Origin: an uncultured Planctomycetaceae bacterium
GTDB lineage: Bacteria > Planctomycetota > Planctomycetia > Planctomycetales > Planctomycetaceae
Length of the DNA: 64,000 nucleotides
Direction: 5' to 3'
Assembly (NCBI GenBank): GCA_963813715.1
Contig: CAWFAK010000017.1
Location: 1,125,249 to 1,189,248, forward strand
Under the pieces are notes generated by a model. That model did no database searches, was not told the origin of the DNA, and saw only the letters and a program-made list of their open reading frames with translations. Below are positions 55,044-64,000 of this stretch, piece after piece. The stretch's first letter is position 1, and each line of letters opens with the position of its first letter. Made by a program: the position numbers and the translations under genes.

Positions 55044-55399
55044 GACTCGGAATCCAAGCTAAGAAGTGAAGAGCCCGAGCCTTCATTCTAGCCCGCCCCC
55101 ACAGGCCGAAACCAGCAGATCTTCCAATCGCCACCGAAGTTTGCGGAATGACCCAACCGCCTTTTCCGGCTCTGGCGCAGGCATCCGCCGGGGCGGATAG
55201 CGTGTCCACCTGGGTAACAGCCGGCGGGCGGCCAAGTCCCTCTGGGCGGACTGTCCCACGGCCGACCAAGCGGCTAGACTGACGGGCACGCTTGGCCGGC
55301 TGCGCTTTGCCGGTCAGTCTGGACGGGCGGGCGTTGCCGCTCGTGTCAAAACACGTGGTCGTCGGATGGCGACCGCCCTCCAAAGTAGGAGGCTGCGGC

Positions 55400-56314
55400 T
55401 TGTGCGGCATCGTCGGGCTGCTCGTCAAGCGGCCTGCTCTTAGGGATTCGCTGGGGGCTTGGCTCTCGCCGATGCTGGTCTGCATGGGTGACCGCGGACC
55501 CGATTCGGCCGGATTGGCCGTCTTCTCTCTCCCGGTCGGCCACGGGAAGCGGCGATTTAGTCTTTACGCCGGCCTCGAGACGATCGACTGGTCGCAACTC
55601 GCCAGCCGAGCCAGGGCTGACCTCAGTCCGGACGTCGAAATCGAGTCCAACGCCAATCACGCCGGATTGACGACAGCCAGCGATCCGACGCGCGTCCGCG
55701 GGTGGCTCGAGGACAGCTTTCCAAGCCTGCACTTGTTGTCGGTCGGGCGGTCGATCGACTTGTTCAAGGACACGGGACATCCGCGGGAGCTGGTCGATCG
55801 CTACGCGTTTGCCCGGTTGTCGGGCACGCACGCTGTCGCGCACACCCGGATGGCCACGGAGTCCGCTGTCACGCCGGCACACGCGCACCCATTCACCGCC
55901 GGCGAGGACTTTTGCCTTGTTCACAATGGCTCGCTCTCGAATCCCAACACCATCCGCCGCAAGCTTGAAAAACGGGGCATCCGCTTTCAGACCGACAACG
56001 ACACCGAAGCCGCTTGCCGCTTCCTCGAATGGCGGATGAGCGCGGGCGATTCGCTCGAAGCGGCCCTGGAAAAAGGACTCGTCGAACTGGACGGGTTTTT
56101 CACGCTGCTGATGGCGACGGCCGACAAGCTCGTGCTGGTGCGCGATGCGTTCGCGTGCAAGCCGGCCGTCGCTGCCGAGACCGATGATTACGTGGCCATC
56201 TCCTCGGAGTTCCGGTCGCTGGCCCACCTTCCGGGAATCAAAGACGCGGAGATTTTCGAGCCCGGCCCCGAACGGATTTATTCATGGAACGTGTCGCCGA
56301 GCCTGGCCGGATGA
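55400..56314 (+). CDS. mgsA: N-methylglutamate synthase subunit A / class II glutamine amidotransferase (GlxB-like)
   Basis: TTG start after SD AGGAGG giving N-terminal CGIVG; DRGPDSAG, HTRMATES.VT...AHPF, LVHNGSLSN, TDNDTE; context of glxC/glxD/glnT. Confidence 0.88.
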   Translation: MCGIVGLLVKRPALRDSLGAWLSPMLVCMGDRGPDSAGLAVFSLPVGHGKRRFSLYAGLETIDWSQLASRARADLSPDVEIESNANHAGLTTASDPTRVRGWLEDSFPSLHLLSVGRSIDLFKDTGHPRELVDRYAFARLSGTHAVAHTRMATESAVTPAHAHPFTAGEDFCLVHNGSLSNPNTIRRKLEKRGIRFQTDNDTEAACRFLEWRMSAGDSLEAALEKGLVELDGFFTLLMATADKLVLVRDAFACKPAVAAETDDYVAISSEFRSLAHLPGIKDAEIFEPGPERIYSWNVSPSLAG

Positions 56315-57061
56315 CGCCCCGCGAATCGACCTCTCCGATCGCCCCGACACCCGCTCTCGCGGATTCGCGCGGCCAACGTTGTCGAATGGGATCTGGCGCG
56401 CACCGGCGTTCGCGCGCTCAACCAGTGGCTGCATCACGACGCCTCGCGCGAGGGAGCCCGGGCAATTCGCGTGCTCAATCCGGACGGACAGCACCATATC
56501 GCCGCGGGCCTTAATGCCCCCCTGCAGGTCGAAATCGCCGGTCATGCCGGATATTTCGTCGCCGGCATGAACCAGCTGGCCGACGTCGTAGTGCAGGGAA
56601 ATGTCGGCTGGAGCGTCGCGGAAAACATGATGTCCGGCACGGTCCGAGTCAAAGGCTGTGCCTCCGAGAGCGCCGGGGCTTCGGGACACGGCGGCCTGCT
56701 GGTCATCGAGGGGGACGCCTCCTCGCGCTGCGGCATTTCGCTCAAAGGGCTCGACATCGTAGTTGGCGGCAGAGTGGGCCACATGTCGGCTTTTATGGCG
56801 CAAGCGGGGACACTGGTGATATGCGGCGACGCCGCCGCCGGACTGGGGGACTCGCTCTACGAAGCCGTGATCTATGTTCGCGGCACCCTTCACGGACTGG
56901 GAACCGACGCCCGCCAAGAGCCCCTCACCGCGGCCGACGTCGAAAAACTGAGCTCTTTGCTCGCCCGCGCCGGCTTTGACCACGCACCCGAATCGTTCAA
57001 ACGGATTGCGTCCGCAAAGACGCTTTACCACTGGCACATCGACTCCTCCCACGCCTACTAA
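56311..57061 (+). CDS. mgsB: N-methylglutamate synthase subunit B (GlxC/FwdC-like GXGXG beta-helix); frameshift ~56365
   Basis: WDLARTGVRALNQWLH, NPDGQHHIAAGL, GHAGYFVAGMNQ, AENMMSG, RCGISLKG, GHMSAFMAQAG, LGDSLYEA. Confidence 0.88.
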
Positions 57062-57066
57062 CTCCG

Positions 57067-58422
57067 ATGTCCGAATTCACGTCGTTGGAAGAAAGTGCCG
57101 GATTCGACCGCCACGTCCTGGCGTACATTCATCAGGCGGCCGAGACAGGGCTTTACGAAATTCGCGGATTGGGGGCCAAGCGCCGGGTCCCGTCGTTCGA
57201 CGATTTGGTCTTTCTCACGGCGTCGATCTCGCGATATCCACTCGAGGGTTATCGCGAAAAGTGCGTCACCAAGACGGTGCTGGGCACGCGCTTCGCCAAG
57301 CGGCCGCTCGAGCTCGAGATTCCGATCACCATCGCCGGGATGAGTTTCGGCGCTCTCTCGGCGAACGTCAAAGAAGCGCTGGGCACCGCGGCCACGCAGT
57401 GCGGCACCTCGACCACGACGGGCGACGGCGGCATGACGCCGGAAGAACGCAAATCATCCAAAACACTGGTCTATCAATGCCTGCCCTCGCGTTACGGCTT
57501 TAATCCGGACGACCTGCGACAAGCCGACGCGATCGAAATGGTCATCGGCCAGGGGGCCAAACCGGGCGGCGGCGGCATGCTCTTGGGGCAGAAAGTGAGT
57601 GCTCGCGTGGCGGCCATGCGGACGCTGCCCGAGGGAATCGATCAGCGCTCCGCCTGCCGCCATCCCGACTGGACCGGTCCTGACGACCTGGCGATCAAGC
57701 TGGAAGAGCTGCGCGAAATCACCGACTGGCAGGTCCCGATCTTCGTCAAGCTGGGGGCGACCCGCGTCCGCGACGACGTCAAGCTGGCCGTGAAGTCGGG
57801 GGCCGACGTGATCGTGCTCGACGGCATGCAAGGCGGCACCGCGGCCACGCAGCAAGTCTTCATCGAGCACGCCGGAATTCCCACGCTGGCCGCCCTGCCC
57901 CTCGCTGTCGAGGCGCTCGACGACATGAACATGCTCGGCGAGGTCCAGCTCATCATTTCCGGCGGCATTCGCACGGGAGCCGACGTCGCGAAGGCACTCG
58001 CCTTGGGAGCCGATGCCGTTTCGATCGGCCAGGGCGTGCTGATGGCCCTGGGTTGCAACCGTCCCGATTACCAGACGGCCGACGGACCTCATGACGCCCG
58101 GGCCGATTACCAAGCGCTCGGCACGGCCCCAGGCTACTGTCATCACTGCCACACGGGACGTTGCCCCGTCGGCATCACCACGCAGGATCCGGTGCTCGAG
58201 CAGCGGCTCACGCCAGCCGAAGGTGCGCGTCGGCTGCGAAACTACCTCAACGTGCTCGCGATGGAATTGACGACGCTGGCCCGCGCCTGCGGCAAGTCGA
58301 ATGTCCACCATCTCGAGCGGGAAGATCTCGTCGCGCTCACCATCGAGGCCGCGGCGATGGCCCGCGTCCCGCTGGCCGGCACGTCGTGGATTCCCGGCCA
58401 GCATCCGCAGCAGGGGATTTGA
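57067..58422 (+). CDS. mgsC: N-methylglutamate synthase subunit C (FMN-binding glutamate synthase family, GlxD)
   Basis: SRYPLEGYRE, IAGMSFGALS, QGAKPGGGGMLLGQK, RSACRHPDWTGPDDL, DGMQGGT, CHHCHTGRCPVGITTQ. Confidence 0.92.
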   Translation: MSEFTSLEESAGFDRHVLAYIHQAAETGLYEIRGLGAKRRVPSFDDLVFLTASISRYPLEGYREKCVTKTVLGTRFAKRPLELEIPITIAGMSFGALSANVKEALGTAATQCGTSTTTGDGGMTPEERKSSKTLVYQCLPSRYGFNPDDLRQADAIEMVIGQGAKPGGGGMLLGQKVSARVAAMRTLPEGIDQRSACRHPDWTGPDDLAIKLEELREITDWQVPIFVKLGATRVRDDVKLAVKSGADVIVLDGMQGGTAATQQVFIEHAGIPTLAALPLAVEALDDMNMLGEVQLIISGGIRTGADVAKALALGADAVSIGQGVLMALGCNRPDYQTADGPHDARADYQALGTAPGYCHHCHTGRCPVGITTQDPVLEQRLTPAEGARRLRNYLNVLAMELTTLARACGKSNVHHLEREDLVALTIEAAAMARVPLAGTSWIPGQHPQQGI

Positions 58423-58510
58423 AGAGCGGCCCACGCGGTAAGCGGTCTTGGTTAGTCGAATGCGAAGACACCGCTCACCTGCGTACGCGGCTCTCTAAGG
58501 AAGGCACTGC

Positions 58511-59872
58511 ATGACCACCGATCGCTCCCAACTTCGCGAAGCCCTGGAGCGCGACGGCATCGAGTTTCTGCTCGTGCAATTCGTCGATATCCACGGGGCG
58601 GCGAAAACCAAGATGGTGCCGGTCGGCTGCCTCGACGACGTGCTCGACGTGGGAGCCGGCTTTGCGGGCGGCGCCCTGTGGGGGGCCGGCCAGGGCCCTC
58701 ACTCGCACGACATGCTGGCCCGCATCGACCCACTCACGTATACGCGGCTCCCCTGGCATCCGAACACCGCACGCTTCGCCGCGAATCTCTTTGTCGACGG
58801 CCAGCCGCACCCTTATTGCTGTCGCACGAACCTGATGCGGGTGCTGAGCGAGGCCCGAGCGAAAGGCTTTGTGCTCAACGTGGGCATGGAGCCGGAGTTC
58901 TTTCTGGTGACGCGCGCCGACGACGGATCCATTCGACCCTGGGATCCGCAAGGCGTCGACCGGCTGCAAAAGCCATGCTACGACTTTCGCTCGATGGCTC
59001 CGGCCATGGACTTTTTGCAGGAACTGACCCAATCGCTCAACGGCCTGGGCTGGGGTGTGTATCAGGTCGATCATGAGGACGGTAATTCGCAGTTCGAGGT
59101 CAACTTCAACTATTCCGACGCCCTCACCACGGCCGACCGCATCACTTTCTTCAAGATGGCCACGGGTCAGATCGCCGGGAAATATGGCGCGCTCGCCACC
59201 CACATGGCCAAGCCGTTTGCCGACCAGACCGGCAGCGGGCTGCACGTGCACTTTCACCTGGCCGACGCCAAGAGTGGGAAGAATCTGTTTCTCGACGAGA
59301 GCGATTCCCGCGGCCTGGGCTTGTCACAAACCGCCTACCAGTTTCTGGGCGGCGTGATCGACCATGCCCGCGCCCTCTCCGCGGTGACCAGCCCCACCGT
59401 CAATTGCTACAAGCGACTGCAGGTCGGCCAGGGACTTTACTCCACCCGCTCGGGATTCACCTGGACGCCGGCGTTCGCCGGTTACGGAGACAACAACCGC
59501 ACGCAGATGATCCGCGTGGCGGGCCCCGGCCACTGCGAAGACCGGACGGTCTCGGCCGGCTGCAATCCTTACCTCGGTCTTGCCGCCATGCTTTCGGCGG
59601 GGCTCGACGGCATCGCCCGCCGCCTCGATCCCGGTCCGCCAAATCTCGGCAACTTATATGAGCGGTCGCTGGCGGAAATCGAGCAGCAAGGTCTGCGGCT
59701 GTTGCCGCAGTCGCTCAACGAAGCGCTGGGAGAATTCGAGAAAGACGAGGTCGTCCGGGGCGGACTGGGAGTGATCGCGGACGAATTTCTCGACCTCAAA
59801 TCGAAGGAATGGAAAACGTACAACGGCAATGTCTCCTCGTGGGAAGTACAACAATATTTGACTGCGTTTTAG
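58511..59872 (+). CDS. gmaS: Type III glutamate-ammonia ligase / gamma-glutamylmethylamide synthetase (GlnT/GmaS)
   Basis: GAGFAG, EPEFFL, KPCYD, YQVDHEDGNSQFEVNF..SDAL.TAD, PTVNCYKR, YGDNNRT; directly after mgsABC. Confidence 0.88.
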   Translation: MTTDRSQLREALERDGIEFLLVQFVDIHGAAKTKMVPVGCLDDVLDVGAGFAGGALWGAGQGPHSHDMLARIDPLTYTRLPWHPNTARFAANLFVDGQPHPYCCRTNLMRVLSEARAKGFVLNVGMEPEFFLVTRADDGSIRPWDPQGVDRLQKPCYDFRSMAPAMDFLQELTQSLNGLGWGVYQVDHEDGNSQFEVNFNYSDALTTADRITFFKMATGQIAGKYGALATHMAKPFADQTGSGLHVHFHLADAKSGKNLFLDESDSRGLGLSQTAYQFLGGVIDHARALSAVTSPTVNCYKRLQVGQGLYSTRSGFTWTPAFAGYGDNNRTQMIRVAGPGHCEDRTVSAGCNPYLGLAAMLSAGLDGIARRLDPGPPNLGNLYERSLAEIEQQGLRLLPQSLNEALGEFEKDEVVRGGLGVIADEFLDLKSKEWKTYNGNVSSWEVQQYLTAF

Positions 59873-59928
59873 TACGGGACAGCGAAGAACCGGACCGTGT
59901 CCGGGGGTCGTTCTGAGCACTAGCGAAT

Positions 59929-61071
59929 ATGCCCTCGTCAGCATTCGACGTGATTGTGCTCGGAGTCGGCGGCGTGGGGAGCGCGGCACTCGACCAGTTG
60001 GCGCTTCGCGGCAGTTATGTGCTGGGTCTCGATCGATTTGCACCCGGACACGATCGGGGCAGCTCGCACGGTCGCACGCGATTGATCCGGCAGGCCTATT
60101 ACGAGCATCCCGATTACGTGCCTCTGCTCAAACGGGCCTACGAACTCTGGGCCGACTCTGTCCGCCCGCGCCGGAAGACGCTGTACCACGAAGTCGGCGT
60201 GTTGTGCGCCGGGCGTCCCGATCGTCCGGTCGTGTCGGGTGTCCTCGCGAGTGCTCGGCAGCATTCTCTGGACGTCGAGGCGCTTTCGGAGGCAGACGTC
60301 GCCGCACGATTTCCCGGTTTCCGTGTTCCCGAGCCGCTGGCTGCCGTCTTCGAGCGTCGGGCCGGGTATCTCGACTGCGAGGATGCCGTGCGGGCGGCCG
60401 CCGAGCAGGCCGTTAAGAACGATGCGTTTTTGCAAACCGATGCCAATGTGATCGAATGGAAGCCCGAGGGGAACGGCGTCGCCGTGCGCACCGATCGCAC
60501 GACCTATCACGCCGGCTCTTTGATCATTGCGGCGGGTGCCTGGTCGGGGTCGCTCCTGGCGGACCTCGGCATTCGCTTCGAGGTCCTGCGAAAGTCGTTC
60601 TACTGGTACGAGGCGCCCGAGGCTTACGCGGCCAACCGCGGCGCGCCGGGTTTCATCTTCGAGACCGACGCCGGAAATTTCTACGGCTTTCCCGATATCG
60701 CGAAGCAGGGACTCAAGGTTGGAGAGCACACCGGCGGACTGCCCGTCAGCGATCCGCTCGTCGTTGACCGTTCGCCCGACGCCGACGAGTCCGCGCGGAT
60801 CGACCACTTTCTGTCGGCTTATCTGCCGGACGTCACGCGGCGGCAGCTTCACTTAGCAACGTGCCTCTACACGTTGAGTCCCGATCGCAATTTCGTGATC
60901 GATCGCCATCCGGAGCATCCGCAAGTTTGTTTCGCGGCCGGGCTGTCGGGTCACGGATTCAAGTTCGTGCCGGTCTTGGGCGAAGCGTTGGCCGATCTGG
61001 CCGAACGCGGCAAAACCAAGCTGCCGATCGGCTTCCTGTCGTGCCGTCGCGACAACCTGCGGACTGCCTGA
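59929..61071 (+). CDS. solA: Monomeric sarcosine oxidase / N-methyl-L-tryptophan oxidase family flavoenzyme
   Basis: VLGVGGVG, GSSHGRTRLIRQAYYE, AAGAW, YGFP, ATCLYT (covalent-FAD Cys position), GLSGHGFKF. Confidence 0.9.
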   Translation: MPSSAFDVIVLGVGGVGSAALDQLALRGSYVLGLDRFAPGHDRGSSHGRTRLIRQAYYEHPDYVPLLKRAYELWADSVRPRRKTLYHEVGVLCAGRPDRPVVSGVLASARQHSLDVEALSEADVAARFPGFRVPEPLAAVFERRAGYLDCEDAVRAAAEQAVKNDAFLQTDANVIEWKPEGNGVAVRTDRTTYHAGSLIIAAGAWSGSLLADLGIRFEVLRKSFYWYEAPEAYAANRGAPGFIFETDAGNFYGFPDIAKQGLKVGEHTGGLPVSDPLVVDRSPDADESARIDHFLSAYLPDVTRRQLHLATCLYTLSPDRNFVIDRHPEHPQVCFAAGLSGHGFKFVPVLGEALADLAERGKTKLPIGFLSCRRDNLRTA

Positions 61072-61073
61072 CG

Positions 61074-61487
61074 TTACCGCTGTGAAACTGTCGCCGGCTG
61101 AACCTGAGCGCCGAGCGGCCGATCCGGTCGCGTGTACCAGTAGGCCCAGAGGATGAACACGGCCTGCAGCGGCAGCCGCAGCAAATGTGCGATCGGCGGG
61201 ATGCCCGGAAACAGCTCTTGATGCTGGTAGACGTAAATGTTGGCGGGGAAGATGGCGACCAAGAGCAGAATCAATCCCCAGCCGGCCAGTCGCTGCAGCT
61301 TGCCGAACAGCAGCATGCCGCCCAGCACGATCTCCGCCACGCCGCTGATGTCGACCATCGCCAGATGCCACGGGATGTAGGGAGGCATGATCTTCAAGTA
61401 GAAGTCGGGGTTGCGGAAGTGCAGGATACCGGCACCGATGAAGAAGAGCGCGAACACCCAACGGGAAACCGTCTTCACGATCCGCAT
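61074..61487 (-). CDS. DoxX-like membrane protein
   Basis: AGILHF, IMPPYIP, SGVAEI, AIFPANI, RLPLQ. Confidence 0.85.
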   Translation of the reverse strand: MRIVKTVSRWVFALFFIGAGILHFRNPDFYLKIMPPYIPWHLAMVDISGVAEIVLGGMLLFGKLQRLAGWGLILLLVAIFPANIYVYQHQELFPGIPPIAHLLRLPLQAVFILWAYWYTRPDRPLGAQVQPATVSQR

Positions 61488-61523
61488 GGCAAACCTGACT
61501 CCTCGCTTGCGTGACTCGCTGGC

Positions 61524-61946
61524 TCAAGTGGCGTGTTCGACAACGCTCGGATCGTAACAGACCAGCTCGACCGTGTTCCCCTCCGGGTCGACCACGTAAA
61601 GCGAGCGCCAGTGGACCCAACCGTGCTCGGCGGTGGTAACGACCAGTCCGCAGTCGGCGAGCCGCCGCCGCTCCCCCTCGAAGTCGGCCAGTTCAATCTC
61701 GAAGGCCAGATGGTCAACAGTCGTGGCCGCTGGATTCAATGCGGTAAATCCGGGATCGGACGAACGGTCGAAGAGTGCCAGCACTTGGACATGGCCGCCG
61801 AATCCCTCGGCCAGACGAAAGAACGCCGCTCGCTCGAACCGCCGCAGCAATTCGAGACCGATGGTGTCTTGATAGAAGGCCTGCATCCGGTCGAGGTCGG
61901 CCACACGTAAGGCGACCTCTCCCAACCCACGAATCCGAGAAGCCAT
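61524..61946 (-). CDS. VOC/glyoxalase family protein
   Basis: GEVALRVADLDRM..FY...IGL, DHLAFEI, SLYVVDPEGNTVEL. Confidence 0.88.
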   Translation of the reverse strand: MASRIRGLGEVALRVADLDRMQAFYQDTIGLELLRRFERAAFFRLAEGFGGHVQVLALFDRSSDPGFTALNPAATTVDHLAFEIELADFEGERRRLADCGLVVTTAEHGWVHWRSLYVVDPEGNTVELVCYDPSVVEHAT

Positions 61947-62247
61947 CCCGACTCTCCGCGCGGTTTGGTGCGTAAATTGCAAACCGAGTTTAGCCGATCG
62001 GGCCGCGCGCTGCCGGGCCCGGCCCCCGTCGCGGCTTCTCCGGTCGATCATTGGCCGGCTATTCGCGCGTCGACGCAGCCGCTCCAATCCGTAAAACCGC
62101 CGGCCGGCCGCATGAAAAAAACATTAACCGGCGAATCGATCAAGCGCCGCGCGCCGAGACTGATGTATCATCGGCAGGTATCAATCGGCGGGCCGGCTTC
62201 ACACAAGCACTCGCAGTTACCCTGACAGTCGGTACCGGCCCGGCCTC

Positions 62248-62730
62248 GTGACCCCCCTGGCTTTGCAGCGGGAAATCAAATTGAGCGATGCTCGGACGCT
62301 GCCGATCGACCGATCGATGTTGCCGCCCCCCTCGGCGGAGCTCCTCAAGTTCGTCCGCGAACGGGCTGTGGCGCAATCCGGCCGAGTGGAGCTGCGCCGC
62401 TCGAAGCGGTACCCGGCCGTGCTGGAAGTGGTCGTCGTCCCGCTGAATGAGCATTATCGCCCGAGCGGTCTGCCGTTTGTGGCCGTCACCCGCGACGTTT
62501 CGACCGGCGGTCTGTGCATGCTGCATACTCGACCGGCCCCCTCGAGCCTGCTGTTTATCGAGATCGAACGCCCCAACGTTTTCCCGCTTGAGGTGGTGCT
62601 CAACGTCCGCCGCAATCGGCGCGTGGGTCAATTCTTCGAGATTGCCGGCGAGTTTGTGCCGATCGCAGATGACGCTTTGGCTGCGGCCAAGGCCCGGCTC
62701 GCCACCCGCCGACCGGAAAAGGCAGTCTGA
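62248..62730 (+). CDS. PilZ domain protein (c-di-GMP receptor candidate)
   Basis: RRSKR (RxxxR) and DVSTGG (DxSxxG) motifs; start uncertain. Confidence 0.75.
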   Translation: MTPLALQREIKLSDARTLPIDRSMLPPPSAELLKFVRERAVAQSGRVELRRSKRYPAVLEVVVVPLNEHYRPSGLPFVAVTRDVSTGGLCMLHTRPAPSSLLFIEIERPNVFPLEVVLNVRRNRRVGQFFEIAGEFVPIADDALAAAKARLATRRPEKAV

Positions 62731-62739
62731 CGGGCGGAC

Positions 62740-63033
62740 TCACGGCAAGAGCTTGTAGAGAAAAATCACCGGCAGCGCGAACAGGAACAGCCAGCCGATC
62801 AGGTCGATAAACAGCGGCGGCGAGTCATGGAGCACGCCGCGGTCAAAGCCGGTGACGCTCAGCGCCTCGCGAAACCAAATCATGACGAGGCCCGGGAGAC
62901 ACAGCCCCAGCGCGGCGGCCGCGACGATGCCAACGTTCGGCGAGACGCTCGAAAAGAGGACGGCCGCCAGCACGTTGAGCACGACGATCACTAGCGCCAC
63001 AATCCGCTCCGTGCTGAGGGCCAAGACATCCAT
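62740..63033 (-). CDS. Small hypothetical membrane protein (3 TM)
   Basis: Three hydrophobic helices; no family recognised. Confidence 0.55.
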   Translation of the reverse strand: MDVLALSTERIVALVIVVLNVLAAVLFSSVSPNVGIVAAAALGLCLPGLVMIWFREALSVTGFDRGVLHDSPPLFIDLIGWLFLFALPVIFLYKLLP

Positions 63034-63391
63034 CGGCGTTGCTCCTGCTGCGGCGGCCGTCACGGCGATCGCGGGCGAATTTGTGAGTCGAGCGCGTTGC
63101 AACCGGATCCCTTTGCCGGACCCGCATTCGCCGTAAGAGTCGACGACCGGCCCGGCAACTACTCCACGCTCTTAGCACCAGTAGACCCATCCACTGCCGG
63201 TGAAGACAACAGCATTCTCCCGGGCGCGTCGTAATCCCTCCGCACCGACCGGCCCCGCGTTTGCCCGCGGCGCGCTCTTTTCGTCCAATTCGGTCTCACC
63301 GCGCCCCCGGAATTTGGCTGCAGCTTGCCAGGGCTGCGCGGTCGAAGATAAAATCAGTGCTGCCGCGACATTTGGGAGGCGGGCCCTCCAG

Positions 63392-63736
63392 ATGGCGACC
63401 CCCTTCGAGCTCTCCTTTCCTTGCTTCATCGTTCGCCGCGACGACGCGTCACGGTTTGCCGTGGTGCAACTGCCGGACGGCCACCACGCCATCGCGATCC
63501 TGACCGATCCCAACCTCGTGCAGATGTTTCTGTTCGACCGCTGCTTCGACCAGGTCCACCATCGGCCGCTGCCAATCAACACCCCCGCCGGCTTGGCCCG
63601 CATTCTGACCAGGCATCTGCCGCCGGAAGTCACGCACGTCGTTTTCAACCCCAACGGCATCCAGCCCCGCATCGAATCGATCGAGCGACTCGTGTCCCTG
63701 CTCAAACGTCACCGCGTCGACGATCGACGTCGTTGA
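63392..63736 (+). CDS. Hypothetical protein
   Basis: ATG downstream of GGAGG; GC3-rich codon usage; no family recognised. Confidence 0.5.
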   Translation: MATPFELSFPCFIVRRDDASRFAVVQLPDGHHAIAILTDPNLVQMFLFDRCFDQVHHRPLPINTPAGLARILTRHLPPEVTHVVFNPNGIQPRIESIERLVSLLKRHRVDDRRR

Positions 63737-63941
63737 CTTCTAAGTCGCGCGCCGTCAATTCCCGCGTCGCATGAAGCGATCGATTCACGTCTGTCTGCGG
63801 CGAAATTCTCAAACGCTGGCAAAACGCCGCGCGCAGTTTTAGAATTCGAGCCGGTCTGGCGTTCCTCGCAGCGAACCTGGGAAGGCTCGGCTTCAATAAA
63901 AGTGACGCGGCCACCTTGTCGCGGACACGTCGAACCGCTTT

Positions 63942-64000
<59 letters not shown>

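Noticed and set aside
55172..55300. Sigma54 promoter or a known riboswitch before mgsA
   Set aside because: TGGCGC and GGGCAC are not followed by TTGC at the -12 spacing; no known riboswitch consensus recognised

Overview
High-GC, gene-dense bacterial chromosomal window. Gene content (DUF1080, redoxin-cytochrome c-Cu-monooxygenase fusion, large PQQ/BamB-like propeller proteins, HEAT-repeat protein, MoxR/vWA/DUF58 operon) points to Planctomycetota; this is an inference. Main blocks: (1) the 3' part of a PigE-like acyl-reductase/class III aminotransferase fusion followed by a FemAB-like GNAT gene; (2) housekeeping genes (NAD kinase, ketose 3-epimerase family, site-2 protease, macrodomain, HpcH aldolase, DUF3754); (3) an ~18 kb, largely translationally coupled operon (10078-28000) in which an Fe3+/AfuA-type ABC importer, whose ATPase appears fused to an NHL propeller, is embedded among MoxR-vWA-DUF58-BatA genes and an ABC-2 exporter; (4) a giant TPR/PQQ propeller gene, a ~165-nt intergenic hairpin, the redoxin fusion, DUF1080 and mbfA; (5) an orphan RND adaptor divergent from a 1483-aa unknown protein; (6) udg/GGCT/HEAT, MFS and BamB-like genes; (7) an N-methylglutamate (methylamine) cluster mgsABC-gmaS followed by a monomeric solA-type oxidase rather than mgdABCD; (8) small genes and a truncated tRNA-Arg(CCG). 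About 30 apparent single-base frameshifts, mostly between 6 and 36.6 kb, are most likely long-read assembly errors, so those genes were reconstructed by eye and their boundaries are approximate. No CRISPR array, IS element, prophage or rRNA was seen. All calls come from motif recognition; no database searches were run.
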